Shown in pieces: positions 50,171 to 64,000 of a stretch of 64,000 bases of DNA. The position numbers and the translations under genes are program-made. The stretch is from Podarcis liolepis (lineage: Eukaryota), in assembly GCA_965112155.1 (NCBI GenBank), contig OZ218107.1, one strand, 5' to 3'. The notes beneath the pieces were generated by a model. It did no database searches. It had not been told where the DNA came from and saw nothing but the letters and a program-made list of their open reading frames with translations. Positions within the stretch are counted from its first letter, which is position 1; each line of letters starts with the position of its first letter.

Positions 50171-50395
50171 CCCTAATAGTTTTGTCCTGCTGCTAACTTT
50201 CAAACAGGACTTCTATGCAGAAGGCACCTTGCGGTGGAATGGTGGATTTGAGGGAAGAAGGGGAATCTTTTATAAAAGGCTCCGTTGCCGCACTTGCATC
50301 AGTATGCATACAGGCATGCACTGTACATGTTTTTTAAAAACAAAACCACAAAACGATGCCATGTGCTGGGGCGGGAGGGTTTGAGGAGTAACCAG

Positions 50396-51011
50396 GGTTA
50401 AAGGGACCCCTGACCATTAGGTCCAGTTGTGGACGACTCTGGGGTTGCAGCACTCATCTCACTTTTTTTTACCAAGGGAGCCGGCGTACAGCTTCCGGGT
50501 CATGAGAGCCAGTGTGGTGTAGTGGTTAAGAGCAGTACTCTCGTAATCTGGGGAACCGGGTTTGCGTCTCCGCTCCTCCACATGCAGCTGCTGGGTGACC
50601 TTGGGCCAGTCACACTTCTCTGAAGTCTCTCAGCCCCACTCACCTCACAGAGTGTTTGTTGTGGGGGAGGAAGGGAAAGGAGAATGTTAGCCGCTTTTTC
50701 ACTCCCTTAAAGGGAGTGAAAGGTGGGGTATCAAATCCAAACTCTTCTTCTTCTTCATGTGGCCAGCATGACTAAGCTGCTTCTGGCGCAACGGAACACT
50801 GAAACCAGAGCAGCACATGGAAATGGCGTTTACGTTCCCGCCAGAGCAGTACCTATTTATCTACTTGCACTTTGACGTGCTTTCGAACTGCTAGGTTGGC
50901 AGGAGCAGGGACGGAGCAACAGGAGCTCACCCCATCGCGGGGATTCGAACCGCTGACCTGATCGGCAAGCCCTAGGCTCTGTGGTTTAACCCACAGTGCC
51001 ACCCACGTCCC
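50396..51011 (-). mobile_element. Sauria SINE split by a nested tRNA/L2-tail SINE
   Basis: TSD TAACCAG; halves flank 50505-50754. Confidence 0.9.
50505..50754 (+). mobile_element. tRNA-derived SINE with L2-type tail (Squam3-like)
   Basis: GAGAGCCAGTGTGGTGTAGTGGTTAAG A-box head, (TTC)n tail, TSD TCATG. Confidence 0.8.
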
Positions 51012-51191
51012 TAACCAGCTTTAGCTTTTGCTAAAAGGAAACATGGCACAGCCAGCTGAATATTATGGTGAGCAAAACCCACTGTGTTCAATGGCATCTA
51101 CTCACAGGAAGTGAATAGTAGGATTGCTGCCTAAGGGAAAGAACACAAGGCTGAAAGAATGCAAGTGTTAGAACTCCTTTTGTTTTATGAA

Positions 51192-51196
<5 letters not shown>

Positions 51197-51241
<45 letters not shown>
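51197..51241. repeat. (GA)n microsatellite
   Basis: Read directly from the sequence. Confidence 0.95.
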
Positions 51242-51242
<1 letters not shown>

Positions 51243-54200
51243 CCGGCGGGGAGGGACAATGGCCAGGGAGATGTAACAGCCCAAGGCTCCTGGCTGCAGC
51301 AATTTCAGAAATGCTTATCCCTTTTTAATGGGCCAGAAGCTTTTTGTGGCAGGAAACACCCATGCAGTGATGGGGACAGATGCGAGGAGGTGGTACAGAA
51401 AGTGCAGCCTCCTTTGGTAAATATCAGTACCGGGTTACATTGGAATAAACACTGATGAGCACGTGCACCTAATGAGAGTCAGCAGCTTGAAAACTGAAGA
51501 TTTGATTTGATAGCAGGGCCGATTAACGTGGGGTGGTCTTGCCTATCACGTCGCAGGGGGTGGCATTCTTTCTCTGCAGGAACAGGCGGCAGCTCCGCCA
51601 ATAGCCTTGGGAGTCAGTGCACATGCCACTTCGCCCAAGTACACATGCTTGAGCCTTGCTGACATTTCCCAACGGCAGGCTGTGGTGGTTCTTTTTGGTC
51701 CCGTGGAGGGGAAAGAGAGCCCATTAATTGGCCTGACATTCACAGAGCGTGTGTGCGAGCGATACAATTAAAGAGCACTTAACTGCATCCCCTTTCCCAA
51801 TTCTGCGCAGGGACCAAGGGGTCAAGTGTAGTCAAAGCTCAGGTCCGGCTTCTGCCATTTGCCTTCCAACAATTCTAATGACTTCCGACATGCTTACAGG
51901 GGGAGCGTAAAATGCCAGAAGGTAGCAAATGGAGCAGAGGCACAGGGCTGAGAATGGGGCGGTGCTAAAGAAGGGAGTGTTTAGGCAACATAGAAGCAGC
52001 CGAGTTTTGTTTTCTTAGTCTCTCCAGCATCCAAATCTTTTAAGATCTAAATGCTCAGCGGCTGCACTCCTTTGGCATGCAAGTCGCGTGTCTAATTTTA
52101 TCAGAGCTGCTCGGAGCAGTGATTTTTGTATGCTGATGGCATGCACAACTTTATTTCTCCATAACATCCGAATCAGGAGAGGCCTTAATGCAGTGGTGGA
52201 CCGGATGAGTGCCAGTAAACTGAGTTTGAAGATGGAGGCTCTGTGGTTCCTGTGCCCAGAAGATATGCAAGTGAGGAGAGTACTGTTACGCTCAGGCCCT
52301 GCTGGCCACGGTGAGAACAGTGGTGGATCAGATGGGCCTTTGAGCTCACTGAGCAGCAGGCAATATGCATTATGATGCTGTGTTAACCACTGGTGGGAAG
52401 TTAGTCTACACAGGTTTGGTGTGTGACTGTCCTGCATTGCAAGAGGCTAGATGGCCCTTTCTTGGTATCGCTGCTCTTGTTGCTCCTTTAGTCGGTTGCA
52501 CCAATATTGTGAATAAGGATGCGATCGGTCAGAATTGCAAGCATCACACTCCATCTGGGTGGGCTGCATGAGTCATGGATATGAATTTGAACAGCCCATT
52601 CCAACCAGCGGCACGTGCTTGAGAGTGACAGCACCCCATGCAGCGCCAGGAGTTCAACTGCACAAGAGAGCACTCTCTGCCAGTTCAGAGGTTGCCATGG
52701 AGACCCAGAAGCGCTTTCACTCTTGCATTCTCTCCTTTTCCCTTCCTTTATTGTCAAACTTCAGGTGTAGAAAAGTCTCCCGTCTGGCCTGCTCGTCACC
52801 CCTTGGTTGTTTTGCACCCTTCTCTTGCTTTTCAAAGCCCTCCCCCGCCCCCCGGTTTGGTCTTTTAACTACAGGGCGCAATCAGGACAGTGGGTGCTTC
52901 GTGCAGGATAAGAAATAATAATAAAAATTAGAAACAAATTGCTTTTTAAAAAGGCCCCATGAAAATCTATCAGCATTTTAGTGCAAATTTCTCCTTATAC
53001 ACACACATCCGTTTTCCCTATTATACACCTCTTTGCAAAGCAATTTCCCCAAATTTAATGTGGGTTTTTAAAATGTTATTTTCATTGACATGTATGCCTT
53101 CCAAATAACACTTTAGCCCAGTATAAGACTTATGGTACGCGTTACTTGACTGGAGGACTAAATCGTAAAATTCAGAGAGTGTGAATGTTGAAGGACAGCT
53201 GTGTTTTGGTTTTCATGTTGCTTTGGGAAGTGCAGGTTTGATAGAGTCACCTTTAAATACAAACAAAATCAAATTTCTCTCCCCCTCCCTAAGAGATGCA
53301 TTGACGTAGCACACAGGCTGCAAGAAGCCATCTTCAAGTCACTGTGAAGGGACCTGTGCCTTGCCCTTGTTCAGTCTAGCTTGCTTCTGGTGGCTGAGAG
53401 CTTTGAATTAGAAAGTCCCTGGTTTCAAACTGTTGTAGTCCCACAAGATCTGGGCCCCCAAGATTGAGGAACAGTGTTGTAGCCCAATGGCGTATCAGAA
53501 GCATGGCCCAACGACAAAATGATGCCCTGCTACAGATCAACCAATTTTCACACATGTAGCAAAACACCACTTTCCAGCTCAGCCCACAGGGAAGCCCAAA
53601 GCATGCCTGCCTGCTGAAGAATGCACATTCTTCTCTGGAGCATCTTTCTAGGAGTTTGCCTTGATAACAGAGATACTATGGTCATAGGTAGAAGCTTGTC
53701 TAAGATTTCAGACACTCCGTGCAAACTTCTCACCTTTTGTTGCTGGAGGCTGTCCAAGCCCCCATCTAGGGGTGTGTGTCGAGTTTGTGCTGTTCCTTTG
53801 TTCCTTTGTGCCCTGGCTCTGGCCGGACGTGGCAGCATTAAGCACAAGGAACGCTCCGTGGGGGGAAGCTGGAGAGTGCAACGTGCCACCTGCTTGCTGA
53901 CGTGGGTTGCACGGAATGTAGCATCACCTTTCTTCTTTGCGAAAGGGCTCCAGGGAGTACGCTAGGGGCAAAATTGGGGGCGGAAGCCTAATGCACTCGA
54001 TCGCTTTGCTCTCCTGCTACTTTAGCCGTGAGTTAAATACGATGAGTCGTAATGTACCCTGTGCCGAGTGTTTCGTCTCCTTTTCCCCGCTGCTTTTTAT
54101 GGCAGGCTTGGCGACGTCAGTACTGTCCAAAGAGGGGAAGGAGAAAGGAGAATGAATGTTCTGCTCAGAAATAAATAGCTGGAGGGAAGGAAACAGCAAC

Positions 54201-54880
54201 ACTCGTTTGTTTCCACGTTAGAGCCTTACCTTAGCATCACTGAGACATTGCTTCCCCATAAGCTAGAGGCAGAATTTAAGAGGTGGTTCTGCCTGGCTTT
54301 GAGTATATAGTATTATATGATCAGCCACTGCCTTTCCCTCCTGGCTTATTTGTTCTTTAATGGTTACCCACACATATGTCCTGTTTAGCAAAGCTCCCCT
54401 GCAATGTTAATTAAAACGCTCCCCCTTGCAGGTTCAGCCCACTGCATTGCTTCCCGTTGAGCCCAGCTGGGGATCATTGAGGGATTGCCCTGTAATGAGT
54501 CTGCTTCTGTTTGCTATGGAGGGGGCAATTACCTGGTGTTTTGCGTTAAGCATTGCTGGGTTTCCCCCCAACTCGCTCCTGCCATAGCTGCATTTCCATT
54601 TAAAAAAGAAAACTGTGGAAGAGCTCTTTGTGGATCACCTGCTGCCTTGCCTAGTTGCTCTCCAAACCAGAGTGAGCTCCTTTGCTATATGGCAATTATT
54701 TGAAAGTGCATATCTCACCCTCTGCGCTGATTTTCAGCAGCATTGTGACATGGGAGGGGTGAGGAGGGAGAATTAAATCCACACTCCCCATGTGCACAGT
54801 CCTGATCCTGCTCAACTCGTTCCTCACCCCCCCACACCTATCATTGTTAAGGTGGTGGGGGGCAGGGACAGATTCTGTAA

Positions 54881-54918
54881 TTCTTCTTCTTCTTCTTCTT
54901 CTTCTTCTTCTTCTTCTT

Positions 54919-54949
<31 letters not shown>

Positions 54950-55270
54950 AATCTGTACCCCGCCCATCTGGCTGGGTTTCCCCAGCCACTTCCAACAGAG
55001 ATTAAAAATACATTAAAACATCATTCATTAAAAACTTCCCTAAACAGGGCTGCCTTCAGATGCCTTCTAAATGTCAGGTAGTTGTTTATCTCTTTGACAT
55101 CTGATGGGAGGGCGTTCCACAGGGTGGGTGCCACTGCCGAGAAGGCCCTCTGCCTGGTTCCCTGTAACTTCACTTCTCGCAGTGAGGGAACCGTCAGAAG
55201 GCCCTCGGTGCTGGACCTCAGTGTCCAGGCAGAACGATGGGGGAGCAGATGCTCCTTCAGGTATACTGGG
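54881..55270 (-). mobile_element. L2 LINE 3' fragment with (AAG)n tail
   Basis: RAFSAVAPTLWNALP ORF2 C-terminus; (CTT)n at 54881-54948. Confidence 0.85.
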
Positions 55271-58200
55271 CATCTGAAATGCATGCAGTTTCATGCAATT
55301 TAAGGCTGCATCTGTTTTGGCCCTAACAAGAAACTTTAGCGAAAGAGGCTGTGTGCTCTTTGTCCATCCAGCTGTTAACCATCCTAAACTGACTGCTCTC
55401 AGAGGCAAGATTCTGAGGCAGATTAACACTTTGCCTTACCAAATAAGGTTGTGCTTATAGGCACTTTATGAGGTCCCTACAAACTCAGTCTTTTGTTCCG
55501 TATCCTCCAATCACTCCCTGCTCCATCTCACATTCACCCGCATTTTCTTCTTTTGTGTGTGCTGTGAAAGAGAGGTGCGTGGTTGTTCGGTGTGTAGAGA
55601 ACGCAGGGCTGGGGAGAGGGACTGTAAGTTTCATCAGAATTTCCTTATGTTCTAAGTGCAGTGATGTGTTGGCAAAGGACACGTGACAATTACAGGCAGG
55701 CTGACTGACAGCTTTTGGCATTGCAAAATACAATGATTATATGGTACAGTAGGTTATGCAAGCTTGTGTAAGACTTAGAAATGAATGCTATTGTCTATCA
55801 GCTAATATATGCGGTTGAGCTGTATCCAAAGAGATTTTGGTATTATATGTGTGAAAGAATGAATCTTAGAAGCCAATCAGAATAATCCAGCAATTTGTTC
55901 ACTGTACCCTACAGTTTGCCAATAATAGGGGACTCGCATTTGGGTTGTGAGATCAGCAGCAGTTAGGAGAGATGGCATTTAGTACATTAAAACAGTATGT
56001 CTCTAAAAAGGAATTAAAGCCAAACTTTTAAAGTGTTTAAGCTCAACTGGCACATTTTTTGAGCATTGGAAATGGAGTGGGGCAAGCTTAGATTTAATTC
56101 TGCGAAACAGGAGAACTGTTGGCGAGTGGACCATGTAACTCAAGTTTCGATTACTACCTGTTCTGGATGAGGCCACACTCCCTCAAAAAGGTCAATTTTG
56201 TCCTTGAGGGAGGCGCTCCTTGAAACTGCAGTTTTGCTAGGATTGATGGGGGAGGTGCTGCTCCCCCCAATTTAGCTGCTTTGCCAACTATGGTCACAGC
56301 CACCTCATGCATTTAAAGTACATGGATTCTCTCCAAAAATTTTGGGAAGTGTAGTTTTGTGAGCCGGACCAGCCCAAGGGGTTTTGCTATCTGAACATGG
56401 GGAAGTAGTTACTTCCTTCCAGTCCTGTTCCACATACAAAATCTCAGCAGACTACTAAATCGTATTCTAACATCCTCCACTGGGCCTCAAGGCCTCCTTT
56501 AATGGGTGCGGGACAGGCTGTATAGTGCGCACACCCACACAGAGCTTTCTCTATTCACTGCCCCTCAATATTTGTCACCTGAGGCAGCTAAACGTATGGT
56601 GTGGGTGTGAATGGAATTTCCCACAGCCAACTGGGCTCACTCAAGACATATTGCTGCCTAAGGCAGAGGATGACATGATGACCCTACCATTCCTTGAACA
56701 GTAGCTGATTGGTCTGGCAGTGAAAATACTGGCAATGAAATAATGTCCACCACCACACCCAAGGGAAGCCGGCCAGATATGATGCATACACAGTCATGTC
56801 CTCCAACTGAAGGCAGCAGCAAGGGACTGTTACCTCTGCTGCCCCCACCAGCACGTGCCGCCTGAGGTAATCACCCCACTTTGCCTAACAATAGGGCGGG
56901 CCCTAACCAACAACCATGCTGCAATGACACCCAGACCAGATTATTTACTAGTTAATTTAGTTAATTGTATTGAACACCCCAAGGTTTGGGCTCAGAGAGG
57001 GGGAAAGAACACTTAGTTTTATGAGGGTGGGTTGGGTAGGGTTAAACATGACATGGGCAAAATGTTTTGAAGTGCAAGTTATTTTATTGTATGGCTACAT
57101 CTCAAAAAAAAAAAAAAATGTGGGGAGGAAGCCCCACAAGTGTATGATTTTCTATTGAGTATCCGTATCAGAGTGCAAGGCATTTTGCATAAAGCCTGTT
57201 TTAAATGAGAAAAATTCGCAAGGCTTTTATTGTCCCTATGCTCATAAAATAAGGTTGAATATATGATGACAAAAACACCGTAACACCAGAGGAAATAGTG
57301 CAAATGAAAAGAAACTCATTATTTTTGTTTTCCCCAGCCAGTCTTATGACTCCTAAGTCCATTTGCTGACATTTGACGGGAGACATTTTTTTGCCTTTCA
57401 TCTATGCCTCTGTTTTAAATCATTGCAACCAGCGATGGTAAATTACACACAACTAAAATATGCTCATTAGCTCTAGCCCTCTGGATCCTAATATATTTCC
57501 TATGCAAGTCATAGTACAGAAATTGTGTTGACGTCGTTTTTCCGGAAACCACCATGGCAGGATTGAACTCAGGGTTTTCACCATAAGAGGAGCTATTGGT
57601 CAAAGGCAGAGCATCTATTTTGCACAGAGAATCCCCAGTATGGAGAATCTCAGGGTTCAATCCCCAGCATCTCTGAGTAGCTCTAAGAATGTATTCTTCA
57701 GCCACCAAATGACTGGGTATACAGGAATGTTTTCGCATTCCACCCGAAAGTTAATAGTGATGGAGACAGGTGCACCTCACCAAGGAGGGCATTCCACAGC
57801 CAATGAAAAGGCCCTGTCACAGGTCAGTACCAACTGGGCAGGCCCCAGGAGATGGCTATTGTGTTCATGTTCTACTTTTGGGCTTCTCAGAGGAATCTGG
57901 TTGGCCACTGTGATAAGAGAATGCAGGAATAGATGGGCCTTTGACCTGGCCAGGTTCTACTTATGTCCTTATGGTGTGGGAAGAGATATGGTGAAGGAGA
58001 GAGAATTCACGCTTGCAGGTGAAAAGCAGTTTGAGGGGGCCATTTTCAGATGAATACTGGTGTGAGAGGAAAGGTTTAAGAAGCCCCTCTCCCCATCTAT
58101 GTGATGGTGTTCTGGTTCAAACTGCTGCCTCAGAGACTGAATGTGTGTAAAGACCAACTAACCCGAAAGGGAATCGTAACATGTTGTTCCACCCTGAGCC

Positions 58201-60235
58201 TTCTTTACATGAACAGCAGATGACATGGTTCATTCCACAAATGGTTTCACCATGTGCAAAACCATTATGGGAATGTACCACTTGCAAACTGCAGGCAGGG
58301 GTGAATCACATGCAGATGAATATGTCTCAAAGGGCAAAACAATTCTACACATAAAAAACAACAACCATATTGGGGAGAAGACTAAGATGGAACATCACCA
58401 TGACTCATTCTCTATATAAGCCAGAGAGGGAAATGGAGGCACAGAGAGGAAGTAACCTGCCAAAGGTTCCCCCTAAAATCATTAGCAGAGCAAAGCAGTG
58501 GGGGCCGGTCCATAGGACATGTGGGGCAGTGCCCCATATCCTCAGTCTGCATTCAGCCAGCCTCCACCCACCTTCTTTATTACAAGCAGTCCAGGGGATG
58601 GCATTGCCTGTTAGCTTTTCCCTCCTCCTCTGTCTCAGTATTGCCCTTGTAGAACTCAGCAAGGAGGAAAATGAGGACAAACCCAGAATTAGTTGGCTCC
58701 ACCTGTCATTGGCCACATTTACATCTTAAATTTAAAGCAGTGTGATCCCATTTTAAACAAAGAATTTTGGTAGCTGTAGCTTGTTAAGGGTGCTGAGAAG
58801 AATAGGAGTCTCTGTACAACTCTCATTACCCTTAAGAAAGCGCAGCTCCTAGGAGTCTTTGGCGGGTAGCCATGAGTGTTTAAAGTGACCTGTATGTTCA
58901 GTGTAAATGTGGCCATTGACTCTGGTTCCATCTACTGTTTGGGCTCCCTGAATTCTGTCCTACAAGCCCTGATGGACCCCATCCACCACTGGAGCAGAGT
59001 CAGGAAGACAAGCGTACTGGTTCTCGGCCTGCTCATCTTTGTTGTTGAGTTCATGTTGCTGTGGAAACCATAAAGATAAATTTTCTTGAGTTCTCTTGTG
59101 CATATAATTTCTGAAGCTGGGCAATTCAGACCTCATGGTTTCCACAGCAACATTCGCATCAACACGCTGCACCCTCTAGTAACCTACTGTTCTGCACTGA
59201 GGCGCAAACAGAGTGCTATATATACAGTAACCTGGAAACAAGGGGCTAGCTCCCCGCCAAGCAATGGCTCAACTCTCCTAATTGACTTTTAGGACAGGAT
59301 GATAAATTGGAAACCAAGAAGGGCCAAAGAGCCTGAGCAAGCCAAGAAGCCACAGGCATCTCAGCCACTGTAGTTTTGGAGGGTCTTTGGGTAAGACACT
59401 CTCTGTGGAGCCTCCCTTGGTTATTCTACCTCCTCTCTGCCATTATCACCAGCTGTTTCTACTCCTCTACATGACCATTGCTTCTCCGTACTTCCTTGCT
59501 GGGTAGAAAACCAGTGAGCAAGCAAGTAGTAGCATCTACTACACTTCTATACCACCATCACTGTTGCCTGGGCCAAGGCTAGAGATGGGTTAGTGTAAAG
59601 AGCAACTATAGGGGGCTTTTGTCACGGAGCTAGGTGAACAGAGGGCAGCTGTCCAGGGGTCAGCCAATGAACTTCATGACTGAGTGTGGATTTGAAGCCT
59701 GGTCTTTCTGGCTATTGTTCAGCAAACTGGCCAATATAATGAATGCATTTACTTCCACAAGTGTATCTAGATAGGAAAACACTGCCTTGCTTGTTTTAAT
59801 ACCAACTTTAACAGCATAAATAAAGCTTTACAATGCTAATTCCTGTATCTCATAGTTAATTGTGCATGGCAAATATAAAATGTGCAGGAAAATGTCTGGT
59901 TGTTTGGGTACATTCCCTTTACATTCACCCCAAACTTTAGAAATAGAGGCAGCAATAAGGGACTTAATATTTTGAAGTTCCCGAAACTTTGGGTTGGTTC
60001 CTGTGTAAACAACTTGTTCCCACTAACTCTATGAACAGCTCCTCTTGCTTATTATAAACTCTGCACGCATTTTCTCTTCTGGAGAATGTTGAATGGTATG
60101 GGAATGTACACGTGCAATACCCTTTTTAGTTTAGATCCATGACTGGTAAGAAAAACACCACGTATATTTGGTTCACATTGCATGGGGAAAGTCTGAATAA
60201 CTGACTTCTTAACCCCTTTGCTCCTCAGAGAATAA

Positions 60236-61647
60236 GGAGGGCAAATGTTGTCCCTATTTTTAAAAAGGGGGGGAAAGAGGACCCAAATAATTACCGCCCA
60301 GTCAGTCTGACATCAATACCAGGGAAGATTCTGGAGCAGGTCATTAAGCAAACAGTCTGTGAGCACCTAGAAAGGAATGCTGTGATCACCAACAGTCAGC
60401 ATGGATTTCTGAAAAATAAGTCATGTCAGACTAACCTGATCTCATTTTTTGACAGAATTACAAGCCTGGTAGATGAAGGGAACGCAGTGGATGTAGCCTA
60501 CCTTGATTTCAGCAAGGCATTTGACAAGGTGCCCCATGATATTCTTGTAAAGAAGCTGGTAAAATGCGGTCTTGACTATGCTACCACTCAGTGGATTTGT
60601 AACTGGCTGACTGACCAAACCCAAAGGGTGCTCATCAATGGTTCCTCTTCATCCTAGAGAAGAGTGACTAGTGGGGTGCCACAGGGTTCTGTCTTGGGCC
60701 CGGTCTTATTCAACATCTTTATCAACGACTTGGATGATGGACTCAAGGGCATCCTGATCAAATTTGCAGATGACACCAAACTGGGAGGGGTGGCTAACAC
60801 CCCAGAGGACAGGATCACACTTCAAAACGACCTTGACAGATTAGAGAACTGGGCCAAAACAAACAAGATGAATTTTAACAGGGAGAAATGTAAAGTATTG
60901 CACTTGGGCAAAAAAAATGAGAGGCACAAATACAAGATGGGTGACACCTGGCTTGAGAGCAGTACATGTGAAAAGGATCTAGGAGTCTTGGTTGACCACA
61001 AACTTGACATGAGCCAACAGTGTGACGCGGCAGCTAAAAAAGCCAATGCAATTCTGGGCTGCATCAATAGGTGTATAGCCTCTAGATCAAGGGAAGTAAT
61101 AGTGCCACTGTATTCTGCTCTGGTCAGACCTCACCTGGAGTACTGTGTCCAGTTCTGGGCACCACAATTCAAGAAGGACACTGACAAACTGGAACGTGTC
61201 CAGAGGAGGGCAACCAAAATGGTCAAAGGCCTGGAAACGATGCCTTATGAGGAATGGCTAAGGGAGCTGGGCATGTTTAGCCTGGAGAAGAGGAGGTTAA
61301 GGGGTGATATGATAGCCATGTTCAAATATATAAAAGGATGTCACATAGAGGAGGGAGAAAGGTTGTTTTCTGCTGCTCCAGAGAAGCGGACACGGAGCAA
61401 TGGATCTAAACTACAAGAAAGAAGATTCCACCTTAACATTAGGAAGAACTTCCTGACAGTAAGAGCTGTTCGACAGTGGAATTTGCTGCCAAGGAGTGTG
61501 GTGGTCTCCTTCTTTGGAGGTCTTTAAGCAGAGGCTTGACAACCATATGTCAGGAGTGCTCTGGTGGTGTTTCCTGCTTGGCAGGGGGTTGGACTCGATG
61601 GCCCTTGTGGTCTCTTCCAACTCTATGATTCTATGATTCTATGATTC
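60236..61647 (+). mobile_element. 5'-truncated CR1 LINE with disabled RT domain
   Basis: [21 protein letters not shown] and KFADD motifs; stop at 60655-60657; 2-bp deletion near 61504; (ATTCTATG)n tail. Confidence 0.97.
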
Positions 61648-63667
61648 CTGTTTATTCTGTTCTTGACCAAATAGAACTGCTGCTGCTCTCATTGGTCAAT
61701 ACTTTAATATTGTTTGCATGCAACAAGAGAGTTTCTATTATGATTTGAGGTGTTCTTAAAACACAACACATCTACCTGTGCATTTACTAGCTAGTCAGAT
61801 CCATGAATTTGGCAATGTGTGTCATTCTGTCATCGCTGTGAAACTGCCTGCTGGGAAAGGTTGCTCCTCAATTAGTCATTTTCTCTAGAATTTATGTTGT
61901 GGAAAGTTAACAGGTGAATCTGTCCCCAGGGCTGTCCCACCTTTGCTATTTATAGTGGTATAGTTGCTGGGGGTGAGGTTTGTTTTTTGGCATGCTTCCA
62001 CACAACATCATTATTCAGACAATGTACTGGAATAATGTACTAAAAATTGCTTTTTCTCCTACCACAAAAATCCTAACTTTTGTGAAAGATCCTCAAAATT
62101 TTGATGATGACGGAAGCTACAGGTTCCCCAAAGTAAAGGTTCCCCACACCTGAAACAGAAGATGACTTCAAATAAAGGACTGCTTCTGACAGCCCTTCAG
62201 CTGTCCTCTATAAAGTAGGACACATGGCAACCCTCCTGCCAGCCCTGTTTGGTGCTGATTCAAATAGTTATAGCTTCATGTGGTGGCTTTGGCAAAATGG
62301 GCTGAGTTTGGAATGTAGATTAGCTTTGCACAATCTTACCACTGACATTCTAAATGTACCATCCATAGCATACAGAACATCTCCTATGCTATCTCAGATG
62401 CATCATAACAGGTGCTACTGTGGCAAGATTTAGGAAGCTAAGACAGAAATTCTACTCTTTATGATTCCACACACCTGCCTCAGTCCACATTGCTTTTGAG
62501 CATAGTGTCTCTTATTTGACCAAATCTGCATATCTGCAAACTAGATGAGGCTTGGCATGCCACAAGTCAACTCAGCTTTGTAACATAGGCTGAAATCCGA
62601 TTTTTGCACATGATCAAAGCAATGGGGCAAGCATCTTTGCTCAAGCTGAGTGAAATCTAGGTACAATGTGCTGAAGTGTTTGTGCTTGTTTTACATGCTA
62701 CTTTTCAACAAGAAGGCAGGGAAGGGGCTACTAATGAGAAGGTCCTGTCATGGGTTCCCACTGATAATTCCTGGAAGTGAGATGCAGAGCAGAAAGTTGC
62801 TTGGTGTGCAGGATCATGTGGGTAGGTTGTGTGTTCTGTTAGCTCTCCTAGAATATGTGACCTCTGATTTAAATGCAAGCAATGAACTTGATGCATCAAT
62901 GTGCTTGCTTGGAGCTAGAAGTCAGAGGAGGAGAAGGCCAGCCAAGCCTGTATCTTCAACTGAGCGACTAGACCAGACTCTTGATGCTAGTGTTCCAGAG
63001 CCAAAGGAGCCCAAGACTGATAGTTCTGAGTGCAAGCAACCAGAAGCTGGTTGTTTGGAGCCTGCAAAACCCAAGCCCAGAACTTTACTCATGCCATCTC
63101 CTGAGTCTGATTAGCCAGAGCAATGAAGTTCTTCCCACATAACCACATCTACCAAATGACACAAGAAGTGTGCAAGGCAGAAAGTTCCAGAAGGGCAAAG
63201 AAATGCTCATCTGCTGGCTGGGGTGTTATCTCTTTAAGAGTCATTGTCTGGAGACAATGAGGGTGAAGCATTGGAGAGGTGGATTGGACAAAGAACCTTT
63301 CAAGACCTCAGCTCAGCTCCACCCATTTTCAGAGTAAGTCTCTCAGCTGGAGCTGTCCAGGGTACAGCAAACATCTGTCTCACCTTTGAGGGTACTTGCA
63401 ACAGATGTGTAAAACACTTCCAATGGGAACCCTACAAAAGGCAAATTCCCCAGTGACATGTATATGGTCCACATAAGTACAGTTGTATCCATTCACAAAT
63501 GGGTTCTGTTCATGTCTTCTACTGAATGGACAAGGTAGAGCCCAACAGTCCCACACTTCTTCTCGACACATTCAGTGAATGTGTTTGGAAGGTGTGGACA
63601 TAACAGGGTGTTGGTCTCCAAACTATCTCATCCATAATCTTTGGAGAAACACTAATGCCTAGGGCAG

Positions 63668-64000
63668 CTGAAGAAGAAGGAGAAGAACCCTGCTCATCTG
63701 ACGGGGTTTCTCCGGCTACTCCGGGCAACGTCCAACTGAATGTAAAAATACAATGAAACTTCAGATAGTAAAAACTTCCCAATACAGGGCTGCCCTCAGA
63801 TGCCTCTGGAAAGTTGTGTTGTTGTTTATCTCTCTGACATCTGATGGGAGGGTGTTCCACATGGCGGGTATGACTACTGAGAATACCCCTTGTCTGGTTC
63901 CCTGTAACTTCACTTTTCGTAATGAGGGAACTGCCAGAAGGCTCTCAGAACTGAACCTCAGGCTGAACAACGGGGATGGAGATTCTCCTTCAGGTATACA
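63668..64000 (-). mobile_element. L2 LINE 3' fragment (runs off the window)
   Basis: Homologous to 54950-55270. Confidence 0.85.

Noticed and set aside
54696-55005. Poly-Arg / poly-Leu ORFs
   Set aside because: Translation of a (CTT)n microsatellite.
60382-61527. Active or domesticated reverse transcriptase gene
   Set aside because: It is a 5'-truncated CR1 with an in-frame stop and a terminal frameshift.
62650-63373. 154-aa ORF / possible LTR
   Set aside because: No protein motif. It looks like a decayed LTR-like repeat, but the ends and TSD could not be established.
46100-64000. Exons of neighbouring genes (RASD2 downstream; TOM1 upstream of HMOX1)
   Set aside because: No recognisable small-GTPase or VHS/GAT coding sequence anywhere in the window.

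Overview
Vertebrate genomic DNA. The repeat content (Sauria SINEs, tRNA-Lys/CR1-tail and L2-tail SINEs, young CR1) points to a squamate, probably a lacertid lizard. Two complete + strand genes could be spliced by hand with GT-AG boundaries and consistent phases: HMOX1 (5 coding exons, 11946-20552, 870 nt = 289 aa) and MCM5 (non-coding exon 1 plus 16 coding exons, 27252-45727, 2205 nt = 734 aa). This matches the HMOX1-MCM5 order in mammals. HMOX1 has a CACGTGAC/TATA promoter and two clusters of StRE/MARE motifs at about -4 kb and -10 kb, like the mammalian E1/E2 enhancers. MCM5 has a CpG-island promoter with E2F, CCAAT, ETS and YY1 motifs. The rest is dense in transposons: 11 Sauria SINEs, CR1, L1, L2, Penelope, several hAT and Tigger-like MITEs, and probable solo LTRs, with several nested insertions. 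The best candidate for something undescribed is a 1422-bp non-autonomous hAT element in MCM5 intron 5 (perfect 15-bp TIRs, 8-bp TSD). It appears to carry a captured host CpG-island promoter with two divergent ZNF143/THAP11-type motifs, a 5'UTR, a 19-codon first exon with a splice donor, and intron sequence, i.e. a Pack-type DNA transposon. Other oddities: a 40-nt 5S rRNA piece with a TSD in a branch-point zone; a hAT element flanked by a ~180-bp direct duplication; a hAT insert containing an exact IgH-type heptamer-octamer site. TE family names come from recalled consensus features, not database searches.
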